Shown here one piece after another: positions 1 to 13,000 of a stretch of 64,000 nucleotides of DNA. Source of the stretch: Haliotis rubra (lineage: Eukaryota); the NCBI RefSeq assembly GCF_003918875.1, contig NW_025765869.1:868001-932000 (forward strand), written 5' to 3'. Position numbers and translations under genes: made by a program. The first letter of the stretch is position 1; every line of letters starts with the position of its first letter. The notes below the pieces were generated by a model. The model saw only the letters and a program-made list of their open reading frames with translations, did not search any database and was not told the origin of the DNA.

Positions 1-419
1 TTCCAAGCGGAACCGCGTCTTTTGGCACCTCGAGTTCCTTTCCGGTTCGCCATTGTCGTGTGTCTGTTTTTAATGGAAGCTAGACATCAACTGACAGATA
101 TGTGACCAATAAGGCGCGTAAAGTATACGCGGGAAACTACCAAAATAGCCATTATGAAATCGAGCGGGAAAAATACTCACCCTGAGTAAATTTGCTATGC
201 GTTTATACGACCAGATTTGCTTAGGGTAGCAAAAAATAAGCATTTACTCACCGGTAGTAAAACATTTGCACCTGGTCTAGGCCAGGAGTATTTTTGTTTG
301 GGGTAGTAAAATTTGTATATGTGTAATTGCGTTTATACGACCAAATATACTCCTGTAAGCAAATTTACACATATGCAAAAAATAAACACATGTGCAAATG
401 TCGCCGTATAAACAGGCCT
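1..419. mobile_element. Right end of a PIF/Harbinger-like non-autonomous element
   Basis: Terminus ...cgtataaacaggcct followed by TTA; internal repeats gcgtttatacgacca. Confidence 0.4.
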
Positions 420-981
420 TTAGTGACAGCAGTGACTGTTCTAATAGTGAAGAAGAACGTAACATCCTGTCAGGTCCTTTGATATAAATCAAAAGGGGGT
501 GACCGGGCCTCACAGGCCCACTTGGCGGTAATGGATATGAAGAAAGCTTGGTTGGATAAGGGTTAATAAACAAAACTCTGTTCTTATGTGTCACACGACC
601 GTAACAAACAACATAGAGCAAATCAGTCGGAACATCTGTTGAAACAAATCCCTTGTGAAAGGAACCCCACATACTCATTCCAAGTAGAAGTGCATTCATA
701 CGATGCTGTCGTCTGTCGCAAATGTAATTATGCTATCTGATAACGATGTGCAACGACTCCCTCAATGTGTCCTATCACATATTTTCAAGCACCTTGTGTA
801 CATTGCACTATGACTGCAAACCTCTGAAGGTTCATCAGGCCAGTGAGGTCCTTTTGGGTTTATCAAACCAGGGTATTTCAATCGTTAACTGTTGGCGTAT
901 TTTTTTATTTATGATAAATGATGATGATAAAAAAAAACACTACCAAGAGGTTTGGTTAAATCTATCGTTGTTATGAGAGAG

Positions 982-1268
982 TGAGTGAGTGAGTTATTAT
1001 TTAACGTCACATCGGCAATATTTCAGCCATATCGTGACGAGAACATATTTGATTTTGAAGTGGAATATATGTATAATATAAAAACCTGTCGACGAAGGAC
1101 AGTAAAACAACTAGAATATCACAATTAGAATTAAAACTAGCGTGGAAAGTTTAAAACTAATAGCACTATAGGGACAATACAATATAAAAACAGGCTATAG
1201 ATCGCCAACAACAGAAGGTAGATCACCATACTAGGGACCATGGGGACTTACAGTACCTTTGCTACCTG
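982..1268 (-). mobile_element. 5'-truncated retroposon with (ACTC)n tail (family D)
   Basis: 13-bp TSD tgttatgagagag at 969-981 and 1269-1281. Confidence 0.8.
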
Positions 1269-1341
1269 TGTTATGAGAGAGATACGCACATGAACATACG
1301 CATGAATGTGTACGAGAGAGACGCATCTACGTGTTATTAGG

Positions 1342-1604
1342 GTCCCTAGAGTGGTGGTCTACCTTCAGTTGTTGGCGATCCTCAGCCTTTTCTATATTGC
1401 ACTGTCCTAATATGAAATCCTATTTTGAGATATATGCTAGTTTTATTTCTTGATATTGTGATATTCTAGTCGGTTGTACTATCCTTCGATGACAGGTTTT
1501 TATAATTTACCATATATTACTATGTATAACAATTAAATGTTCTCGTCACGATATGGCTGAAATATTGCCGATGTGACGATAAATTATAACTCACTCACTC
1601 ACTC
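1342..1604 (+). mobile_element. Second family D copy, opposite orientation
   Basis: 13-bp TSD acgtgttattagg at 1329-1341 and 1605-1617; inverted homology to 982-1268. Confidence 0.8.
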
Positions 1605-3210
1605 ACGTGTTATTAGGATATGAGATGTATCATTGCCTGTAAGGGGAACATATCAGATATCTCACCTGTCATCTAAGCATACATTATTTGATATTGTATA
1701 CTTTATGTTTCTTGCGACGGCAGTAACGAAAATTATGTTCTCGAAATTTATGAAAGGGAACAGACTTCCTGCAAATGATGATGGATGCTTCGATGGAAGA
1801 AGACGATAATGTAAATGATCAAACGGTCAAATATTCGGTCAGGCGTAAGTAGGCACTCTATGTCAAGGTATGGGTGTCACCCTGGAGAGGGGTACGTCAC
1901 GCACAATGGTTTGGGGAACATTGTCGTCCCGGGACATATTACCACTATACAGTACTGGGACAAGTATTGACTCCAGTCCTTCTGCCATTCATTCTTCTAA
2001 GTGGTCCTGGACTGTCGTTTTATCATGACAAAGCTACTTCCCATGCTACAGTTCTGACGTCATCGAACATTAAGCACTATTTTACTAATAAAAGTACGCT
2101 ACCATACTACTGTCAAGATATTAATTTGGTTGAGTGTACCGTTTTCATTTCTCAAAATAATAAAACAATAACTAAAATTTGCATGATATGTGTCAAACAA
2201 GTCAGCGAGCCCGACCACCCGATCCCGTTAGTCACGTCTGACGACAAGCACCTCGTCACCTCGTCAGACCAATTCTAACCAGGATCTTCACGGGTTCTTC
2301 GTCTGATAACCTCTCAGCAAGGACATTCTACAGAATGTCTCCCTGAACCTGGAATATTCTAAAGAAAGTTACATGGTACCGGAGATATATAATCCATTAA
2401 GGGCACATTACTGTTATGTGCAATCAGTCGGACCTGTAATCTTCGTATTTGTTGCCCATAGTAAGCTGTTAAGCTGCACGATGCTTTTATGAATTAGACA
2501 CTCGGGTTTGGAACTATTTCACTCGCCCTCTTGTTCACATTTTCATCAAAAATCTCATGGGATAGTTTTTCCTTTAGTTTATGCAAACGGTTCTGGGGAT
2601 ACCAGAGATTTTTTCGAAGCTAGGCTCAAAACTTTTTGGGCACAGAAAATTGCATTTAGCACAGGAGATTACAAATCATCAAAGTTTAAAGAATTACTTG
2701 TATATCCCCTGTGAGTCCCATATCCTCTCAAACCGCATGCCGGGTTTCAAAGTGTGTACATGGTCGTAAATGCTAAACAACCTAGTTTCACACCTTTGCA
2801 TATGACCCCAGCGAATTTGCCGTCATCCACACTTACATTCAATGTGGGCCACCCTTCCTATCAACCACTATCAAAGTGTGTACACGAACGTCACTGCGAA
2901 TGCTGTCCCAGTTTCAGGCCTGTGCGTCTGACCCCAGCGTCAGCCACAATGACATTCAAGGCAGGTCACACAGACGGTGCTGGAAGCATTTGCTGATAAT
3001 TTACCGTTTACGAAAACTGCTGGCTGCATCGCTGCTTTCGCTCTTTGGACTAGTGGAGGGAGGGTACGATTTTTCTAAAAATCCACAAACACGCGATGAC
3101 CTAGCTATAGATTGAAGCTATAACAATAACACAATACAATAGATAGAGTCGATACGGCGATAGTAACACACGATACAGCGATGAAACGAAAGAAGAACAC
3201 GTAACAGCAA

Positions 3211-3362
3211 GAGTGAGTGAGTTTAGTTTTACGCCGCTTTTAGCAATATTTCAGCAATATCGCGGCGGAGGACACCACACATGGGCTTCACAGATTGTAC
3301 ACATGTGGGGAATCGAACCCGGGTCTTCGGCGTGACGAGTGAGCTCTTTAACCACTAGGCTA
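3211..3362 (-). mobile_element. tRNA-derived SINE, family A (copied to 10941-11092)
   Basis: A box tagcctagtggttaa, B box ggttcgattcc, (ACTC)n tail. Confidence 0.85.
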
Positions 3363-3904
3363 AAACGTTGAGGGGAAAATGTTCTTGACGTTCTTGAAGT
3401 ACAGAAAAATTTGCAACTTTACCAACGTACTGCGCGTTCACTCCACTGATGTTAAATACCGAAACGTGCACCTTTGTAAAACTTACCTGGGGTGCCCACC
3501 CTTTGTTACAGGTTCGTATAATGATACCAAATTCCTAACATAATAGAAGTTTGAAACAATTGTGTTTTCAAGCTGTTTGATACCGCTTTCTGTTTTGTGT
3601 ATCAACACTAGCAAATGCTTGCGAGCTGTTGCTTGTGACACACCCGTGTAAACCAAGAAATACAAATTATGACATATCACAGCCAACATGATGAAAATAT
3701 GAGCCGCAAACCTGACCAGGCGTAGAAGGCGACTTGAAGTAGCGTCGATATATGTGTGAGGCATACTGGGCGTTTTCAAATGGGAGGCACTCTCTTGTCA
3801 CAGCAACAGAGGCTCCCTTTCCGTATTCAGAATATGCAGATTATTCTGTACAATATTGTGAATAATAGCCTTCTGGCAGCTAACCTAATCTCAGTTGACA
3901 TTGA

Positions 3905-4079
3905 CTGACTGACTGATCTGAGTTTAGTTTTACGCCGCTTTTAGCAATATTCCAGCAACATCATGGCGGGTAACACCAGAAATGGGCTTCACACATTGTA
4001 CCCTTGTGGGGATTCGAACCCGGGTCTTCGGCGTGACGAGCCAACGCTTTAACCACTAGGCTACCCCACCGCCCCCCCC
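3905..4079 (-). mobile_element. SINE family A
   Basis: Full length, TSD cagttgacattga. Confidence 0.88.
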
Positions 4080-4139
4080 CAGTTGACATTGAGGGTAGGA
4101 GTAGTGGGTGTGCCGTGGCAGGGGTGAGGTAGTGAGAAT

Positions 4140-4556
4140 TAGTGGTGGTCCAATTAATTGAAATAATCGAAGATTGGTCGTAGTGACTAAACGACCAAGC
4201 AATCGATCATAATTTCTCATAATCGAACACAAACAATTCTGGAACACTTGTTTTATTAACAATATTTTTCACATGGTTGGTTTTGTCTGTTACATTTCAT
4301 AAGCACTACTAGCTCATTTCAAGTCATGATTGAGTTTATCTTAAAGATTCCAAGTAATTTATGTTCCTAACATACTAGTCATCCTTTAAAGATGTGAAAT
4401 TTTGACAAAAACACCCCAAAAGAACACCAATTTTTCCCCTTATTTTTATGTGCATTACCAAATTTCATATATAACGCTAACCAATTCTTTTCGATGATTG
4501 ATCGGTAGTAATGAACCAATCATCAATTATGAGATTTTATCCAATTCCCAACACTA
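4140..4556. mobile_element. hAT-type non-autonomous element
   Basis: TAGTG...CACTA termini, 8-bp TSD gtgagaat. Confidence 0.72.
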
Positions 4557-5453
4557 GTGAGAATCAACTGGTATGCCCTATAGATGGTGCACATGTACAT
4601 TCAAATGTGACATGCTCTGCTCATATTATTGAAGACGTATTTCTATTGAACCTGCAGTATGGGTAGTTTATGGTGCTTCTCTAATGCTATCACCAATCAG
4701 TGCTAATTACCCTGTGCCTTTCATTTCTCAAATGCTTATTACCAATCAGTGCAAATTTAATTCCTCGTTTCCATTTGTTCATTCGTACTTCCAGTCGTGG
4801 TTAATGACTACCTGGGGTTTTAAACAGGAATGTGAGAAATTATTTAGAATTTTACATTCACTATGGAAATACGAAAACAAAGGAGGATGACATTTCAAGA
4901 CGTACACGTATGTATGTGTGTATGTCTTAGGTGTATTTGCACTTGGCATAATTTAGTATGGTGTAGTGTGTTTTAGGTGCGCTGGCACTTCGTTTAGTTT
5001 TATAGGTGCGCTTGCACTTGGTTTACATTATGTGAGTTACTCGCCTTTGCACTTGGTTCTTCTTAGTAGTGCAGATTCACTTAAAATAGATAATACAAAC
5101 AAACGTACACCTAAGTCTCCCTATCTCGAACTTATCAGGCCACTCAAACACGAAATCGCTAGAAGTTTCTTTTGCCCTTGTTTGACTAGTTGAGATAGCG
5201 ATATCTTACATCATGTAAACAATGTCTCATTCTCGAGTTGTCAACGTTTGCTCTGTACAAAAACACACGAGAACGCCAAACCTCGCCTTCTTGCACTTTT
5301 GGCGTATTTAGCTCGTTTCCAGAGATTGAGATTGCGAGATCGCGAAAATCCCTTTCAGTATCCATAGTATAGAGATGACTTTGGTCAACTGTATATTTAC
5401 CCTAATACTGTTTTCACATATTACAGCAATGCGACATATCTTCACATGAGTAA

Positions 5454-5599
5454 GGGGCGGTGGGGTAGTCTAGTGGTTAAAGCGTTCGCTCGTCACGCCG
5501 AAGACCCAGGTTCGATTGCCCATATGGGCACGATGGTGTGAAGCCGATTTCTGGCGTCCCCCACCGCGATATTGCTGGAATAATGCGAAAAACGTAATC
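5454..5599 (+). mobile_element. SINE family A
   Basis: TSD tcacatgagtaa. Confidence 0.85.
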
Positions 5600-6087
5600 T
5601 CACATGAGTAAAAGTATCGGAGGTGAGAATAGCTCTACCCAGATATTTCACCGAAAATAGTAAAACAAGAAAAGAACCGATTTGGGACATCGAACATGGT
5701 TAATGAGTGGCACGCCATTGCGTAAACTACAGCCACATCACATCGAGACATATGTAGTCTAAATAATTCCAACAGTAAATAAAACCTAAACGATTCAAAT
5801 GTGCAATGTCACTTCACGAACAAGGACTTGTTTGTCAACTGGTACGATGCTTACACATGCACTATACATGTATGCACTGATAAACCCATATACATCAGTC
5901 TTGAAAAGGGATCCTTACAAAGCAGGATCACAAACAAACCTAAACCAACCCGAAACTACTGTGTATACAACCGTACTTATGGCTGGAGTGCACTCGAGGT
6001 CATCCCCCTACCCGACAACCAAGGCAAGACATTATTATGCACTCAACGCAGTCAAGCTGGCTCGTTCCCATTACGCCATATCTAGGA

Positions 6088-6135
6088 CACGTGATGTTTT
6101 GTTCGGTGATATAAGAGCCGTTTACTCGTTCAGTT
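6088..6135 (+). promoter_or_regulatory. Possible CYP core promoter: E-box, TATA-like, Inr-like
   Basis: CACGTG 6088-6093, TATAAGA 6110-6116, TCAGTT 6130-6135 just upstream of the ATG; TATA-Inr spacing is a little short. Confidence 0.3.
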
Positions 6136-6146
6136 GTCATATCGAC

Positions 6147-6220
6147 ATGGAGATCTTGGGGCTTGTGGACGTGCCGCTGTATCTCCTACTGTGCTTGGCG
6201 GCCACAGTGCTGATATACAT
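6147..6220 (+). CDS. CYP exon 1 (MEILGLVDVPLYLLLCLAATVLIY, membrane anchor)
   Basis: ATG 6147, hydrophobic anchor, donor gtgagt, phase 2. Confidence 0.88.
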
Positions 6221-6967
6221 GTGAGTAGGCAACTTTGTGCGTAGAAATGTTTTATCATTACGTCAGCATCTTTAACAGGCGACATTTAATAACAGAATGC
6301 ATGTAGGGAGAAAGATTAATCTCAAAACAATACTATTTCTAGAATGAATACATTTTGTAAAATCGTGCAAAATACATGACAGGTGATCGTTGTTCAGTTG
6401 ACGATATTACTAACGAGACGTTATTCAATAAAGTTTTAAATTATTGTTAAACGGTCACCCTGCTCGATCCAGCCAAACAAAATCGCTAAAATAAATTGCA
6501 CATAAGAAAAGAAACGCTGACGCAGTTAAAACTCGCATGATCATAGCCAAAAAAGCACAAAACAAATATCCCGGATATGTGTGCATGTACGTATTTTGTA
6601 ATTGGGTGTGTCCCCACGTGTGTATGTTTGCATGCATGCGTGTGTGTTCGTCTCTCTATCTTTTTCCTCTCTCTGTGTGTGTCCGTGTGTACCCGTGAAG
6701 GTCCGGGTTAGAATATTGATCTTCAGTAGCCCATGCTTGTCGTAAGAGGTGACTAATGGGATCGGGTGGTCAGGCTCGCTGACTTGAATGACACATGACT
6801 TCTGTTCCCAATTGCGCAGATCGATGCTCATGCTGTTGATCACTGGATTGTCTGGTCCAGACTCGATTATTTACAGACCGCCGCCTTATAGCTGGAATAT
6901 TGCTGAGTGCGGCGTAAAAATAAACTCACTCCAACACTGTGTCCGTGTGCATGCATTTGTGATGTGC

Positions 6968-7003
<36 letters not shown>

Positions 7004-10000
7004 ATGTGTATGCTCCTGTGTATGGGTGTGTTTTCTTGCATGCATGCATGTCTCTCTGTCCGTTTGTCTGTGTCAGTCACGTCAATGACGCATGCCATAC
7101 AAGATGAATTCCTATACAAGACGACCGCCTCCGTGGTGTAGTGGTTAGAGCGTCCGCCCGGAGAGCTGAAGGTCCGACAGCTTCATACCAACACACGTTA
7201 AAATATGGTACTTGTTGGTCCCTGTCTTGCGCTCGGCATTAATGACTGCAACAAGGACTTGTCGGCTCGAAGTCAGTATAATGTCGTCTGAGTGGGGTAT
7301 TCATGCATATCTGCGGCAAGGTATCTCAGTGGGCTAGCACTATAAAACCAGCTTAAGTCTGGGCTCGTACAGGCAGCCACACATACACACGCATGCACGT
7401 CGTCATATGAACGAAATAGTCTTCAGTACGTATTGTTATATGACAGGCATAATTACTGCAGAACAATATTCCATGTGTATATATATATATCGTATATATA
7501 TCATATTCACTTAGGGGGCAGTGAAGTTCTATATTTACATAAGGGGAGCTAACCCTTGACTCGCATGTCAGGTTATATCTCAAGCTATTGAAAGAGCAAC
7601 ATTGCGTGTGACGATCATTATACTGTGGATACTCTGCAAGGTTTCAAGTGGGATTACTGTTGCTGTTGTCTTTATTACTACTGCCACTTCGCTTGGTTTA
7701 TATCACCGCCTTTAGATCTGCACTGCCACTCCATTTCGTACTGCCATAGTGATGCCTTTCTAGCGATTTGTTATGATTTTAGAATACAACTATTAATTAG
7801 TGAACAATAGTTATTATTAATTGTTGTTTGTTAGTTTTCATGTATTTCTTATTTGTTCCCTTGCCTCTCACAACTATTTTCAGTACAACCCGTTTATTCA
7901 ACAAAAATAAAACAAACAATATATGTTTTCATGATATTTGGGAATAAGTTTCCAACATTTACTGAACTTGTCGGCGTGCTTAAAACGGTATAAAGCTCCC
8001 TTGTTTCCAACAAGGTGGTGACATACTGGGTTATGACAAATTCTGTGAAATTTCCTTTATTTGAACCTTTCCAAGTCAATACTTCAATCTTGATGATATC
8101 AGAGAACGCATAATAGAGGGACGGCCCTCCCCAACAGTTTATCACTAACCATCAGCGCTGCGGCCTGGCATGCAACTGATACACATCGACACCCTGCTGC
8201 TAACTTCCCGCTACCGGTACACATGCGCAACAGATGCGCAGACATTCGCAAATGAGCACTCTGGTAACCACGTAAACAATATTGCGTAATATCCGGGCCG
8301 AGAGTTAATTCCCTTAGCGGGCACACTAGAAGTGTCCGGCCTTGTCATTATATGTTGTACTGTGAAGCATTTCGAGTCGGGGTGTCATCTCAAAAACAAT
8401 ATTTTTAAAATCATGAATCCTCGGAAAGACACGAGGGCCTGTGACTGGCTGGTGTTTCACTAAATGACGCTATTATAGTCTCTGATTCTAATTTTATATT
8501 ATTTTGCATAATTTTTATAAAGTTTATAGTCCCAACACGATTTCACATTATCCAAGAGCGTTAATGTTTTTATAATGCCAGTTTGGGACTAGCAGTGATT
8601 ATGCTTTGGGCCGTAGCGCTGATGGTTTTGCGCATTGGCTCGAGGGCAGTCCCTCTATTATATGGTCTCTGATAATATTGAATGCTGGAGATAGAAGTAA
8701 ATAGTGTTGGCAGGGTACAGCTGTATGTGTAAACCTGTTCAATGTCTTTTATCTCATAAACACTCACGTGTTACTCAGAGAACCATGGCGGGATAGATAT
8801 TATTTCGTTTGAATACTGTAGCACCACATTGTGAAACAATCCCCAGACATTCAGTACTACATTAAAGTATGCTCTGATCTTTAAAATATTCATGTGCTTC
8901 TATCGTTTGCTAATTATCAGATCGTGTTTTACAGATATGGAACATGGAACTACAATTACTTCAAGAAGCAGGGCATCCCGGGGCCAGCACCAACGCCTTG
9001 TGTTGGAAACAATGTTGGTCAGGTAGGTTCCATAATACTCCTTAAAAAACGTACAGCACACCATAAGTGTCCGTTGGTAAAGCTGCGGGGATGGAAACAT
9101 CCATATTTCGGATTTAACAATAGCCTTGTCCCTTTTCTCTTTGTCTCACATCAGCGACCAACATAATGTTCTATTTATAGTCCTTCTCTGACTTGTATCC
9201 TGTGTTGCCGTGTTTTACGGTTAAACTTGACTCGACTTTGCATGTATTTGCGACAGGATATGTTCACCTTTTGGCTCACATCTGGTTACATCAATATTTG
9301 ATAGTTATCAGTAAACACATGATCCTGAAATAGAAGGAATCGCACAATGGGTTTTAGCAGTCTGAGAGATACCTTACCCATCCTAGCATCTCAGTTCTCA
9401 AGCTCTTTAACTAACATTAAAACAATACAAAGAAAATGATTCATTGATGCCACAGTATGGAGACTGTCCTTCGACAAACTGATGACTAGACTGAGGTGAG
9501 AACTGAATTCTGCTAAATGAACAACAGGCACTAACCTCTAATGAATGCCATGGAAGCCTATTGTGATATTACTATACTGACACACATTGAAAACGCAAAA
9601 CCAAATTCAAATGAGGAAAACTTAACAAACAACAATACTTGGATGAAAATTGTTCTACAGTTATGTTGAAAATTTCATTGTGCTTCATTTTCATAAAACA
9701 TGATTGCAAGAGTTCCGCCAATATGACTGACACGTCAAGCGTCACACACAGACCCCCCTTACGTCCGTCAGTAGCGAGGGTGACCTCCCTGAGCCTGTAG
9801 ACATGCACGGAGTCGACGTGGCATTGATTCGCACAAACGTCGAACAGGTGCTTGGGGGATGTTCTGCCACCCCTGTTGTAAAGCCAGGGTCAACTCAGCG
9901 ACGTTGTTTGGCTGACGTTGACGTTGACATTGATGAATCCGGCGACCAAGCTCATGTTCATGTTGCTGCCTGTAGACGCGTTGTCTGCCATCTGCAAATG

Positions 10001-13000
10001 ACACACAGAACCTGGACCCATTGAAAAACACCCACTGGATGGAGATTCATGGTGGTTGGAAGCTATGTTGCTGTGCAAACAGGAGTCTGTTGACTCGATG
10101 ACGTTGCGTAATGACGTTTCCCGATATGGCCCCTTAGTGTCACAGCCTGCAGACGTCAAATGATTGTCATGGCGCTGATGTAGCGTCCTTTACGTCCTAC
10201 GGTGTTTCGAGGTGAGTTTGCTGCTGTCTGAAAGCGGTTTCTTTGGTGAACTCGTCGGATGTACCGGTCTGGACGTGCCGTCGTGACAGGAGTTTGTCCT
10301 GGTAAGGGACGGTCACTGACGCTTCCAGTTTGCTGATGACGATTTTGGAGTCTGTTGATGGTGGATGGGCTCACTCCGAAGTGGTGGGTGACCTTCATTT
10401 TGTGATGTTCCCACCAACAGCATCCCGATAGCTTGTTCCCTCTGCTGTTCACTGAGCCGTGGCATTTTGTGACTGCTAGTGAAACGGTTGAACCATAGTG
10501 CCTTTTATGCGTCCAAAACCTGGCTTTGCATATGACCCCAGCGAATTTGCCGTCATCCACACTTACATTCAATGTGGGCCACCCTTCCTATCAACCACTA
10601 TCAAAGTGTGTACACGAACGTCACTGCGAATGCTGTCCCAGTTTCAGGCCTGTGCGTCTGACCCCAGCGTCAGCCACAATGACATTCAAGGCAGGTCACA
10701 CAGACGGTGCTGGAAGCATTTGCTGATAATTTACCGTTTACGAAAACTGCTGGCTGCATCGCTGCTTTCGCTCTTTGGACTAGTGGAGGGAGGGTACGAT
10801 TTTTCTAAAAATCCACAAACACGCGATGACCTAGCTATAGATTGAAGCTATAACAATAACACAATACAATAGATAGAGTCGATACGGCGATAGTAACACA
10901 CGATACAGCGATGAAACGAAAGAAGAACACGTAACAGCAAGAGTGAGTGAGTTTAGTTTTACGCCGCTTTTAGCAATATTTCAGCAATATCGCGGCGGAG
11001 GACACCACACATGGGCTTCACAGATTGTACACATGTGGGGAATCGAACCCGGGTCTTCGGCGTGACGAGTGAGCTCTTTAACCACTAGGCTAAAACGTTG
11101 AGGGGAAAATGTTCTTGACGTTCTTGAAGTACAGAAAAATTTGCAACTTTACCAACGTACTGCGCGTTCACTCCACTGATGTTAAATACCGAAACGTGCA
11201 CCTTTGTAAAACTTACCTGGGGTGCCCACCCTTTGTTACAGGTTCGTATAATGATACCAAATTCCTAACATAATAGAAGTTTGAAACAATTGTGTTTTCA
11301 AGCTGTTTGATACCGCTTTCTGTTTTGTGTATCAACACTAGCAAATGCTTGCGAGCTGTTGCTTGTGACACACCCGTGTAAACCAAGAAATACAAATTAT
11401 GACATATCACAGCCAACATGATGAAAATATGAGCCGCAAACCTGACCAGGCGTAGAAGGCGACTTGAAGCTCATGTTCATGTTGCTGCCTGTAGACGCGT
11501 TGTCTGCCATCTGCAAATGACACACAGAACCTGGACCCATTGAAAAACACCCACTGGATGGAGATTCATGGTGGTTGGAGGCTATGTTGCTGTGCAAACA
11601 GGAGTCTGTTGACTCGATGACGTTGCGTAATGACGTTTCCCGATATGGCCCCTTAGTGTCACAGCCTGCAGACGTCAAATGATTGTCATGGCGCTGATGT
11701 AGCGTCCTTTACGTCCTACGGTGTTTCGAGGTGAGTTTGCTGCTGTCTGAAAGCGGTTTCTTTGGTGAACTCGTCGGATGTACCGGTCTGGACGTGCCGT
11801 CGTGACAGGAGTTTGTCCTGGTAAGGGACGGTCACTGACGCTTCCAGTTTGCTGATGACGATTTTGGAGTCTGTTGATGGTGGATGGGCTCACTCCGAAG
11901 TGGTGGGTGACCTTCATTTTGTGATGTTCCCACCAACAGCATCCCGATAGCTTGTTCCCTCTGCTGTTCACTGAGCCGTGGCATTTTGTGACTGCTAGTG
12001 AAACGGTTGAACCATAGTGCCTTTTATGCGTCCAAAACCTGGCTTTGCATGTGTATGTCATGATAATCATGCACCCCAACAGGTCCAAGGAAATGCCAGA
12101 GTTGTGTTTTCATGAACTGTACCAATGCCAGAAACACGAAAAGGGTTCGAACCCAGATGTGCATATGGTTTTATTCGGCAACCTCACATAACTATATTTT
12201 CATGTGGTAAATGAAATTGCTTCACAAAACTTGTTAGAAATTGCCAAAATGGGTTTTACGTTTTCAATGCGTGTCAGTATATATCACACGCTTGTGTGTG
12301 AGCTAAATATATTCATGGCAATAATGGTTGTCACCCCTTCAAGTTTTTAATTGGAGAGGGGTGTGGGGTGGGGTGTGAAGTGTGTGTGGGTTGGGGTGGG
12401 GGGTGGTGACAACCATTATTGGCATGAGGATATTATGGTGCTTATATTGAAGTTTTAGCTTGATGTCGCTTGTGGTGACAGGTTTACCGATATATGATAG
12501 ATGAAGGCAATCTATTCCACTAAGTTGACAAACTTCTGACTTTTTAACAGCATGTCTGGAAAATGGGTTCAGGTTTCCTTCGGTGGGTAATTATTATAAT
12601 ATATAACTGATAATCATATGTAATTTTTGCATTTCCCAAATGTAACTCCTGATATATTACTTGTTGTGGATCTGTAATTACCAGCAAAAATTTCGTATTA
12701 GTATTACTCCATAACATATCTTTCTCACCGGTATATCAGTCTGGCATTGAGTTTCAGATAACATAAAGCTCTTGGTTTCGAAAATACCAGAAGTATGCGT
12801 ATACAATGCGTTCAGGAGCCTGGGCCTAGATTTTCGAAGCTCTCTTAGCGCTAAGATAGTCGTAAGTTAATGTTAATGTATGGCACTTACGACTATCTTA
12901 GCGCTAAGAGAGCTTCGAAAATCCAGGCCCAGGAGTCTTATAGGTCTGGAGTCTGTTTAACATTTGAAATGGTTCGATACGGAAACGTTATCCTTTCCAT

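Larger units (their letters stand above)
621..2100 (+). pseudogene. Remnant of a paralogous CYP gene (intron 6, end of exon 8, intron 8, exon 9, start of intron 9)
   Basis: 621-900 resembles 19200-19475; 920-949 DDKKKHYQE|gt resembles the exon 8 end; 1757-1844 GTDFLQMMMDASMEEDDNVNDQTVKYSVR|gtaagt is an exon 9 paralogue; 1661-2100 resembles 20071-20510; no exon 7 or exons 10-14 found. Confidence 0.82.

Noticed and set aside
810-845. Hammerhead ribozyme on the minus strand (CTGATGA plus stem)
   Set aside because: No GAAA after stem II
2748-2959. Apparent peptide similarity between 2750-3075 and 29722-29957
   Set aside because: The first region is a degenerate tandem dimer of about 120 bp with many stops; the resemblance is too weak to support by eye
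3905-4079. tRNA genes (tRNA-Asp-like GTC loop)
   Set aside because: These are SINE heads with body, tail and TSD, not complete tRNAs
12551-12590. Possible extra CYP exon after ttttaacag
   Set aside because: Exons 2 and 3 already join in phase with normal P450 spacing
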